From a virus (lineage: Duplodnaviria > Caudoviricetes), in IMG/VR virus record IMGVR_UViG_3300035526_000055, positions 1-25,519 of that record: a stretch of DNA of 25,519 nt; one strand, 5' to 3'. Shown piece by piece: positions 1-6,556 of the stretch; position 1 is the first letter of the stretch, and each line of letters starts with the position of its first letter. The notes below the pieces were generated by a model. The model made no database searches. It had not been told where the DNA came from and saw nothing but the letters and a program-made list of their open reading frames with translations. The translations under genes and the position numbers were made by a program.

Positions 1-85
1 TTAAGCTTTTTTCTTTTGCCATCTTTAAAACTTCGTTTATGAAATCCTCCGAAGATTCAAATGAGTCAAATGGATTTTTCTCCAT
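1..85 (-). CDS. 5' part of the first leftward (early lytic, cro-position) gene, truncated by the window edge
   Basis: ATG at 85 is preceded by GGGAGAGAGGG. The frame MEKNPFDSFESSEDFINEVLKMAKEKSL... stays open to base 1. It lies downstream of a consensus leftward promoter and diverges from the repressor. Confidence 0.6.
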   Translation of the reverse strand, partial: MEKNPFDSFESSEDFINEVLKMAKEKSL

Positions 86-132
86 CCCTCTCTCCCTTCT
101 CTTTTTCTGTCCCGCTTTTCAAAGCACATTTT

Positions 133-228
133 GTTCTTAATGTGTACTTCGTAGTTCTTTATGTGTTCATTATAGAGTTTAATGTGGTCATCTGTCAAGA
201 AAAAAGTTTTCATTCAGAACTTTATGTG
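133..228. repeat. Four phased 12-bp direct repeats, candidate repressor operators
   Basis: GTTCTTAATGTG (133), GTTCTTTATGTG (154), GAGTTTAATGTG (175), GAACTTTATGTG (217). Start-to-start spacing is 21, 21 and 42 bp, and the repeats overlap both divergent promoters. Confidence 0.7.
169..198 (-). promoter_or_regulatory. Leftward (lytic) sigma-A type promoter
   Basis: Minus strand reads TTGACA (198-193), an 18-nt spacer, then TATAAT (174-169). Both hexamers are perfect consensus. Confidence 0.8.
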
Positions 229-235
229 GTATTAT
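207..235 (+). promoter_or_regulatory. Rightward promoter for the repressor operon (extended -10)
   Basis: TTTTCA (207-212), 17 nt, TATTAT (230-235), with TG at 227-228. RBS AAGGAGGT at 242-249. Confidence 0.5.
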
Positions 236-255
236 GTTGCCAAGGAGGTATAAAT

Positions 256-765
256 ATGGAACCTATAAATTCACGATTTAAAATGATCAGAAAAGAATTG
301 AAATTAAGTCAAGAAGGTCTTGGTAATTCATTGGGACTTTCTAAATCAGGCATTTCAAATATTGAAAACGGTATGCGCAATGTTACCGAAACACATATCC
401 GACTTTTGTGTTCAGAGTTAAATATTAATGAAGAATGGCTTCGTACCGGCAGAGGTAAAATGTTCGTAGAAACTGATGAATCAATCCTAGCTGAGTTTAC
501 AAAGGAATATAAACTCGACGATCTTGACCGGTCAATTATTGAAGGGTATATGAATCTATCACCAGAACAGCGTGCAGTCATTAAAAGCTATGTAATGGGC
601 GTTGCCGACAAATACGCTGAACTTGATAAAAAAGAAAAGAAATCGACCAGCAAAGTTGTTACCTTTGCAGCACATAAGGATGATGATTCAGATTGGACTG
701 AAGAAGAGGAAAAAGAGATTGATGCATTCAGCAAATTAGCTGATGAACTCAATGGGGATGAATAG
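256..765 (+). CDS. XRE-family HTH phage repressor (CI/ImmR-like)
   Basis: HTH_3 pattern FKMIRKELKLSQEGLGNSLGLSKSGISNIENG...INEEWLRTGRG. Start reassigned to ATG 256 behind a strong RBS. Adjacent to an ImmA-like gene. Confidence 0.9.
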   Translation: MEPINSRFKMIRKELKLSQEGLGNSLGLSKSGISNIENGMRNVTETHIRLLCSELNINEEWLRTGRGKMFVETDESILAEFTKEYKLDDLDRSIIEGYMNLSPEQRAVIKSYVMGVADKYAELDKKEKKSTSKVVTFAAHKDDDSDWTEEEEKEIDAFSKLADELNGDE

Positions 766-794
766 AGTACAACGACATATTGAAGGTGATGCAC

Positions 795-1253
795 ATGTAC
801 GAAAAGCTTATAAGAGAGAATAAGCACCTTAAGATCAGAGAAATCGATATGAGTATTAAGGGGTTATATAAGAATGGAGTTATCGGCATTAGCTCACGCA
901 TTGACACCAACGCAGAAAGAACTTGTATCCTTGCAGAAGAGATCGGTCACCACGAAACAAGTTATGGTAATATTCTCAATCAGAAAGATATCGTTTCAGT
1001 AAAACAAGAAAAACGCGCCCGAAGACGTGCTCATGATCTATTAATTGAAGTTAATGAACTTCTTGCAGCATATAAAGCTGGTTGCCGTAATCGTTATGAA
1101 GTGGCAGAGTTCTTAAATATTACTGAACAGTTTTTAGAAGAGGCCTATGCAGAAATGAAAGAACGATATGGAATGTACCTGGATACAGAAGAATACATAA
1201 TCTATTTTGAACCTATTGCATTTATGAGGAAATTCAAAACTAAAGAGGAGTGA
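795..1253 (+). CDS. ImmA/IrrE family Zn-metalloprotease (anti-repressor)
   Basis: Motifs CILAEEIGHH (HExxH variant), QEKRARR and EVAEFLNITEQFL. RBS GAAGGTGA precedes ATG 795. Position between repressor and integrase is typical. Confidence 0.85.
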   Translation: MYEKLIRENKHLKIREIDMSIKGLYKNGVIGISSRIDTNAERTCILAEEIGHHETSYGNILNQKDIVSVKQEKRARRRAHDLLIEVNELLAAYKAGCRNRYEVAEFLNITEQFLEEAYAEMKERYGMYLDTEEYIIYFEPIAFMRKFKTKEE

Positions 1254-1259
1254 TTGACA

Positions 1260-2192
1260 ATGAAACGTTTAATGTTATTCTTATTTGGACTTATTTTATT
1301 TAATATCCCATCATTTGCGGATGAGACTAGTCCACTTGATTATGATTTAGAAACCCATAATCATTTAGATTATTATATGTCTTTAAATGGCAATAATGGT
1401 TATATTGATATGCGTACACTTTACATTGATGATGATGTCATAGACAGTGAAAATGTTCATATACTGCGGAACACCCCTTGGGATGATGAATATATGATCT
1501 ATTACACTGGTACAACTGAAAGTTATCACATTACAATATTAGATTTAGATACTTCTGATTATAACGAAATTGTTTCATTCACATATAAAAATCATGTATA
1601 TACAAATACACGCGAAGCTTGTTATAAACTCTTCGGAGATACCAGATTACTAACATCAAAGCTTGAAGTTAACGATCCAGGCGCATTCAGCATACAGTGG
1701 TACACTGAAATCTTCGGTACTACATATACCGATTGGTATGAGGAACAACTTATACGCGCTGATCTCAGTTCTTTACTTCAAAGATACATCGATCGATACA
1801 TTAGCAAATCAGACGAGAAGATGACTGACCGATATGCAATCAAAAATGGGTTTACCTATCTAAGTGACTGGTATGGCGAAGAAGAATTTTCACAACTCAA
1901 CATGAACTTAGACTACAGTGATTTTTACTCAACTTTAAATTACGATACAATGTTACTTTCAACTACAGGCAAAATTTACTTAAATGATGACTTAGGAAAT
2001 ACCCTCTTAACTTTATATGCGGATTCTGAAAATATGAACGAAACAGATTTTTATTATTACTTCGAAGATAATGGAATACATATGCGCTTACACTTGGTAG
2101 GCGGACTCACATCTTCAAGTTATAAGATAGAAATTAAAGGTGACGATCTAATTAATTTCTTAGGAGAGTCTTCCTTATTACTTACTTTATAA
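1260..2192 (+). CDS. Exported acidic Tyr/Asp-rich protein of unknown function (lysogeny-module accessory)
   Basis: Sec-type signal peptide MKRLMLFLFGLILFNIPSFA-DET. RBS GAGGAG upstream. AT-rich coding sequence with no recognisable catalytic motif. Confidence 0.7.
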   Translation: MKRLMLFLFGLILFNIPSFADETSPLDYDLETHNHLDYYMSLNGNNGYIDMRTLYIDDDVIDSENVHILRNTPWDDEYMIYYTGTTESYHITILDLDTSDYNEIVSFTYKNHVYTNTREACYKLFGDTRLLTSKLEVNDPGAFSIQWYTEIFGTTYTDWYEEQLIRADLSSLLQRYIDRYISKSDEKMTDRYAIKNGFTYLSDWYGEEEFSQLNMNLDYSDFYSTLNYDTMLLSTTGKIYLNDDLGNTLLTLYADSENMNETDFYYYFEDNGIHMRLHLVGGLTSSSYKIEIKGDDLINFLGESSLLLTL

Positions 2193-2198
2193 TCATAG

Positions 2199-3341
2199 GT
2201 GGTGATGAATTTGGCTAAAAGAACCAACGTGACAATAAACGGCAAAGACTACTACAGAACCCGCTTGAAAGTCGGAGAGAAACCTAACGGCAAACCTGAG
2301 TATAAAGTTTTCTATGGCAAAAATAAAACTGAAGCTCTGAAACTAAAGGCTGAATATAAAGAGGGGTTAAGCTCTAGTATTGATTTGAATAAAGTCACTT
2401 TTCACGATTTGTTTCATCAGTGGCTCTTTGAAGTGAAGCGTGCTGGCATAAGCGCTAACACCTTTACTAAGAATGAATCACTATACAGAAATCATGTTCA
2501 AAACATGTTGTTCATTCAGCAGCGCATCATTGACGTGCGTTCTCTCGATATTCAAAAAGACTTCAATAAAATCAAATCGGCAAGCATCGCAAAAGAGGTT
2601 CGCATTTTACTTAACTCATTTTGCATATATGCAGTTAATGAAAAATATCGCGCAGATAATCCTATGCGCGGTGTTCTTTTACCTAAGTACGTACCCCCAG
2701 CAAAGAAACTTTTTTTAGAGAAATCGGAGTTTGAACATTTGGTTAATTCTATGAAGTCTGATTTTACTTTGTTCAAATATGTATTTGATGCATTCCTGGG
2801 TTTAAGAATTGGAGAACTTGCTGCACTTCAAATCAATGATGTGGATCTTGAAAAACTAAATGTCCATATTTCCAAAAGCATATCTAGAATACCTATCGAA
2901 GTAAATGGAGAAAGAAAACGTGTCGTTCAAGTAGGACCCACAAAAAACAGAAAAGATCGCGATGTGCCTTTACCCTCTAATTTGCTTCCCTATGTGAAAA
3001 GGCAAATAGAGCTCGTAAAAGCTAAACATCGCGACCTTGGTATAAAATATACACCTAACGCTTTGCTCTTCCCTAGATTTGATCTAAGCCATCTAGACAA
3101 GTCAAACGCCAACGTCACTTGGCTATCTGTACAAAAGCGATTAGGTATTGAGCCTGTATCATTTCATAAACTGAGACACACATTTGCTGTTATGCATATT
3201 GAACTCGGCACACATCTTAAAACCATAGCTGAATTAATGGGACACTCCAACACTAAAATGTTAGAGGAAATATACGCTCACATTTCTGATGAAACAAAAG
3301 AAAAAGCCATGAACAAACTTAATTCTTACACCAATCTATAA
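2199..3341 (+). CDS. int: Tyrosine recombinase / phage integrase
   Basis: Catalytic motifs GLRIGELAAL (R), PTKN (K), FHKLRHTF (HxxR), LMGHS (H) and IYAH (Y), plus an N-terminal arm-binding region. The start may be TTG 2211 behind AGGTGGTG. Confidence 0.95.
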   Translation: MVMNLAKRTNVTINGKDYYRTRLKVGEKPNGKPEYKVFYGKNKTEALKLKAEYKEGLSSSIDLNKVTFHDLFHQWLFEVKRAGISANTFTKNESLYRNHVQNMLFIQQRIIDVRSLDIQKDFNKIKSASIAKEVRILLNSFCIYAVNEKYRADNPMRGVLLPKYVPPAKKLFLEKSEFEHLVNSMKSDFTLFKYVFDAFLGLRIGELAALQINDVDLEKLNVHISKSISRIPIEVNGERKRVVQVGPTKNRKDRDVPLPSNLLPYVKRQIELVKAKHRDLGIKYTPNALLFPRFDLSHLDKSNANVTWLSVQKRLGIEPVSFHKLRHTFAVMHIELGTHLKTIAELMGHSNTKMLEEIYAHISDETKEKAMNKLNSYTNL

Positions 3342-3559
3342 CCAAGTGGTTAAATAGTGGTTAATTTTTGAACCAAATGTATAGAAACACTGCATTTGGT
3401 TGATTTAGAGGGTATACTAACATTCTTACTCATTGTAAAAAAACCATTATTATATATAGTGATATTTTTAAAAAACTCTGTATTTCCAATGGTTTTAATG
3501 ACAAAATGTAAGTATCATATATATATCAATATTAAACCAAGTGGTTAAATAGTGGTTAA
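3340..3559. other. Putative attP region with arm-type integrase sites
   Basis: Perfect 25-bp direct repeat AACCAAGTGGTTAAATAGTGGTTAA at 3340-3364 and 3535-3559, each containing two AGTGGTTAA units. The copies flank a 170-bp AT-rich non-coding stretch immediately 3' of int. Confidence 0.75.
3371..3401. repeat. Inverted repeat inside the attP region (hairpin or protein-binding site)
   Basis: AACCAAATG (3371-3379) pairs with CATTTGGTT (3393-3401). Confidence 0.5.
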
Positions 3560-3710
3560 ATTATTCAATCGATAAACGAATGAGCAACTTCAACATTATA
3601 TATGAAGCTATGCGCTGAATCAATTTAAACATATAAGTTTTTCATATAAAACACAAGTGTTTAGACCCCTGTATAATAAATTTTATAATTTTTCCGTTTT
3701 GTATAATTAA

Positions 3711-3739
3711 TTGCGCTTTAATTTATTTTGTAGTATTAT
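3711..3739 (+). promoter_or_regulatory. Candidate sigma-A promoter for the PH-domain gene
   Basis: TTGCGC (3711-3716), 17 nt, TATTAT (3734-3739), with AT-rich upstream sequence. Confidence 0.5.
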
Positions 3740-3783
3740 TTCTATAAATGAATATATTTGTAAATCGATATGGAGGGTTAAAT

Positions 3784-4158
3784 ATGAAAGATCTAGCACT
3801 GGCAGCAACCATGGAATGGACTTTTACACAAGAGACAACTCCACCTAAAGAAATTCAAGATGTCTTAATAACTGGTGAGACTGTTGAAGCCGCATACAAG
3901 ACCATACGCGATGTGGCCGTTGTCACAAATAAGCGACTTATAATCGCAGACAAGCAAGGCATAACCGGAAAAAAGGTTGAAGTGTATACCATTCCTTTTA
4001 AATCAATTAATATGTATTCTAGTGAAAACGCTGGCAAAGTATTCGATATTAACGCCGAGCTTGAACTATGGACCCGAGCGGGTAAAGTTAAACTCAAAGT
4101 TAACAAGGGTGTTGATATTCGAAAGTTAGATCGCATTATTGCCGAGCATATACTCTAA
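3784..4158 (+). CDS. Bacterial PH-domain protein (bPH_1/YvbH-like), phage moron
   Basis: Pattern GETVEAAYKTIRDVAVVTNKRLIIADKQGITGKKVEVYTIPFKSI...ENAG...AELELW is characteristic of bPH_1 proteins. RBS GGAGGG precedes ATG 3784. Confidence 0.85.
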   Translation: MKDLALAATMEWTFTQETTPPKEIQDVLITGETVEAAYKTIRDVAVVTNKRLIIADKQGITGKKVEVYTIPFKSINMYSSENAGKVFDINAELELWTRAGKVKLKVNKGVDIRKLDRIIAEHIL

Positions 4159-4162
4159 ATTG

Positions 4163-4201
4163 AAAAAAGCCGACCTTGATGTAGTCAAAGGTCGGCTTTT
4201 T
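4163..4201. terminator. Bidirectional intrinsic terminator
   Basis: AAAAAAGCCGACCTT...AAGGTCGGCTTTTT hairpin between the convergent PH-domain and holin genes. Confidence 0.9.
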
Positions 4202-4209
4202 AATACATA

Positions 4210-4605
4210 TTATTTATTTTGGTCGGTGTCAATCACCACTTGATAATTCTCATCAACATAGCCAAGGAGATCGCCACCGCTTTCTAGGAAGTGTTTAAGG
4301 TGTTCTACCGCTTTATCTATCATGGCTGCAATATCATTTTTTGTAAATATCCAGGTCAGCCAAAATGGAAGCTCTCTGTATATCCAGGAGGTTACTTCGG
4401 CTTCTTTAAAATCACCCGTCTTTCCTCCAAGCTTTAGTTCCGCTCTCACAACTAATGAGAGGACCAGTTTGTAGATCAAGTCAGTTCTTCCCGCTTTGAC
4501 CATTCTTTTCAAAGCGAAGTATCCTGCCAAGAAGATCGCTAAAAGAATGATTCCATCTAACCAGTATGTGGATCCAAATTCGATGATCCAGTTTAAAATA
4601 TTCAT
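4210..4605 (-). CDS. Putative holin (single N-terminal TM, LL-H-like pattern)
   Basis: TM segment YWLDGIILLAIFLAGYFAL followed by LVVRAE..LGGKTG..K..EV and IDKAV. Lies directly downstream of the endolysin. Start set at ATG 4605 after AGAGAGGG. Confidence 0.65.
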   Translation of the reverse strand: MNILNWIIEFGSTYWLDGIILLAIFLAGYFALKRMVKAGRTDLIYKLVLSLVVRAELKLGGKTGDFKEAEVTSWIYRELPFWLTWIFTKNDIAAMIDKAVEHLKHFLESGGDLLGYVDENYQVVIDTDQNK

Positions 4606-4618
4606 AAGCCCTCTCTTT

Positions 4619-5299
4619 CTACAACGATACAATCACTGTGCGATTTTTGTCATCCCACTCAACTTTGAGGCCTAGGGCTCTTAAATCTTCAGCGCCTATT
4701 TTTGTGTATCCATCTATGTTTTCGACTTCCAAGGTCTTTTTTGTGCCTAAAAAATCAAATTTCTGTTGAATTTTATAGACCTCTTTGAGCTCTGGAACGT
4801 TTTCCATTTCATAAGAAAACAGTGTGCTACGTCCCCACTTTGTCCACGCTGTTGCTCCTGGTCCTGTCAATGGTGTTTTGATAACACCTTTCTTTGTGCT
4901 GTTGGCTTCGATAACCCAACCATCGCCAACATACACACCAATGTGTCCCTGTTTCCAAACGAGTATTCCAGGCAGTTCCGGTATTGAAGAAATCGGTCCA
5001 TGCGCTGACACCTTTAAGATCATAGAGTTTGCATTCATGTCAGTGTTAGGATCATATGAAATTTTTCCGCCTTCCTCCCACAAGGCCCCTTTGATCAGAC
5101 CAACGCAGTCGGCTGTTCTTCTGTTAAGCCATTTTTCTTTAATGAAACGTTCATATCTTCCAACTTCCCTTGGGTATTGACGAATCTTTTGAGCAAAAAC
5201 TGATTGTGTGAGTTGTTGGCCAAACGTTCCCCAGACATATCCCCATTTTTCATTGAGTGCTTTTTTGCAAAATGCAACGAGTTCCATGTTTGTTTTCAT
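4619..5299 (-). CDS. Endolysin, NlpC/P60-type cysteine peptidase with short C-terminal cell-wall-binding module
   Basis: GYVWG...ADCVGLIKG (Cys) and GHIGVYVGDGWVIEA (His, Glu). The C-terminus LRALGLKVEWDDKNRTVIV resembles copper-amine-oxidase N-terminal/stalk repeats. Flanked by membrane proteins. Confidence 0.85.
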   Translation of the reverse strand: MKTNMELVAFCKKALNEKWGYVWGTFGQQLTQSVFAQKIRQYPREVGRYERFIKEKWLNRRTADCVGLIKGALWEEGGKISYDPNTDMNANSMILKVSAHGPISSIPELPGILVWKQGHIGVYVGDGWVIEANSTKKGVIKTPLTGPGATAWTKWGRSTLFSYEMENVPELKEVYKIQQKFDFLGTKKTLEVENIDGYTKIGAEDLRALGLKVEWDDKNRTVIVSL

Positions 5300-5823
5300 G
5301 ATTTTTCCCCTCCTCGTGAAATAATCAGTTTCACTTGTTCTACATGGCCCTTCACTCGGCCTATTTCTGTCTCAATTCTCTGCCCTCTATCATCATGTCT
5401 GAATAACTGCTCTGATATTTCTTTATGTTGCCTGTCGTTATTTTCACCGTTTTTCTCAACGGCTTTTGAAATATCTTCATGCGACATTCGGAGTTGGCTG
5501 ATTGCATCTGTGAATCTCTGCGCTGCATCTTTGTCGTGCCTTTCAATTCTGTCCGCCTGGGATTCTAATGTATTCGTAAGCAGCTGAACCATATGGGCAA
5601 CATTTTCATTTGACTTTGCAACTTCCTTAACGCTAAGCGCTACTGTTTCGAGGGCTTGGGTATTGTTTGTGAGTATGGACGCAATTTCTAAATTAGATTT
5701 GTTCATTTGGTTGAATGCTGGAACAATCTTTTTCATCGCATAGATCACGATACTCATTAAGACAAGAAACGATACCCCAAGGGCTCCAAGTGTCATATAA
5801 GATTCTAGAATTGTTTTGTCCAA
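5296..5823 (-). CDS. Holin-like / lysis accessory protein (N-terminal TM plus long coiled coil)
   Basis: TM LGALGVSFLVLMSIVIYAM followed by heptad-rich sequence. TTG start behind GAGAGGAG. ATGA overlap with the endolysin. Confidence 0.6.
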   Translation of the reverse strand: MDKTILESYMTLGALGVSFLVLMSIVIYAMKKIVPAFNQMNKSNLEIASILTNNTQALETVALSVKEVAKSNENVAHMVQLLTNTLESQADRIERHDKDAAQRFTDAISQLRMSHEDISKAVEKNGENNDRQHKEISEQLFRHDDRGQRIETEIGRVKGHVEQVKLIISRGGEKS

Positions 5824-5885
5824 ACCGTCTCCTCTCTTTCACGCGCGACCCTTGGAGTCAATTTCTACTCATGTTTAGTTCCAGT

Positions 5886-5909
5886 AAAAAAAGAACCCAA
5901 CGGGTTCTT
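5886..5909 (-). terminator. Intrinsic terminator between tail/DGR genes and the lysis cassette
   Basis: Stem AAGAACCC-aac-GGGTTCTT with a T-run on the minus strand (A-run at 5886-5892 on plus). Confidence 0.8.
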
Positions 5910-5920
5910 GTGTTTGTTTT

Positions 5921-6067
5921 CTAATATCGGACTTCTTCAAGCAAAGCGTCCATCCTGACAACTTCCTCACTTAGGTCTTTAATTACATTCTTGAGTGTGA
6001 GGATTTCTTTGTCTTTTGCCTCGAGTAGGTCAAGGAGCTGTATGGTCGTTTCAAAATCACTCGACAT
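5921..6067 (-). CDS. 48-aa acidic coiled-coil protein (not in ORF track)
   Basis: Hand translation MSSDFETTIQLLDLLEAKDKEILTLKNVIKDLSEEVVRMDALLEEVRY*. It overlaps the end of the XkdX gene and stops just before the terminator. Confidence 0.6.
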   Translation of the reverse strand: MSSDFETTIQLLDLLEAKDKEILTLKNVIKDLSEEVVRMDALLEEVRY

Positions 6068-6191
6068 ATGGCTCGCCTGTTATCTGCTCGTATTCAGTTG
6101 GCGTTATCCATCCTTTTGTGGATACGGCTGTTTTCAGACCAGCCTTATCAATCTTGTTGTTATTATACATTCTTTTCAACGTCTCGTACAC
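6057..6191 (-). CDS. xkdX: XkdX-family small protein, 44 aa (not in ORF track)
   Basis: Hand translation from GTG: MYETLKRMYNNNKIDKAGLKTAVSTKGWITPTEYEQITGEPYVE*. GWIT..EY..ITGE.Y is the XkdX signature, and the position after the tail-fibre genes is usual. Confidence 0.85.
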   Translation of the reverse strand: MYETLKRMYNNNKIDKAGLKTAVSTKGWITPTEYEQITGEPYVE

Positions 6192-6193
6192 AT

Positions 6194-6556
6194 CTACACC
6201 CCCAAGCTATCAAGCACAAGCATTTCAACGGTTTCCTTAAGCGCTTCATTTTCTTTTTTTTCTTGCAGTTTCCTCAGACAGTGGTCTTCCCCTTCTGGAA
6301 AATTTCCGCTTTCAACGTATCCCTGTAAGTCACCGAGGTGTCTCTGTGGGATGTTCTGCACTTCGCTAAGGCGTTTGAGCTGTTCTTGTGTTGGGACAAA
6401 GTCGCTTGTGTTCATAATTGATATGTTGCCATGTTTTGCTTCCATCTCCCTGTAAAACTGCGGCGAATCTGTGTATGCTGTCTTTAAGACACCCTTTTCA
6501 AAGTATTCAACTTTAAACGGGCACATCTCGTATTTGTCTTTTGACTTGAAGATCAT
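6194..6556 (-). CDS. Tail-fibre-associated protein in the XkdW position
   Basis: C-terminal short coiled coil LQEKKENEALKETVEMLVLDSL, immediately upstream of xkdX. The probable start ATG 6556 overlaps the RT 3' end. Confidence 0.6.
   Translation of the reverse strand: MIFKSKDKYEMCPFKVEYFEKGVLKTAYTDSPQFYREMEAKHGNISIMNTSDFVPTQEQLKRLSEVQNIPQRHLGDLQGYVESGNFPEGEDHCLRKLQEKKENEALKETVEMLVLDSLGV

Noticed and set aside
133-228. Phased repeats as a mini-CRISPR or iteron array
   Set aside because: The units are only 12 bp, degenerate, with 9-bp gaps. No cas or rep gene is nearby, and they overlap divergent promoters.
61-255. 65-aa N-terminal extension of the repressor in the ORF track
   Set aside because: It spans the promoter/operator region and the start of the divergent gene. 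A strong RBS precedes ATG 256.
3340-3559. 25-bp direct repeat as a target-site duplication, CRISPR or tRNA-derived att core
   Set aside because: There are only two copies, with internal tandem units typical of arm-type sites. No transposase lies between them and no tRNA-like fold was seen.
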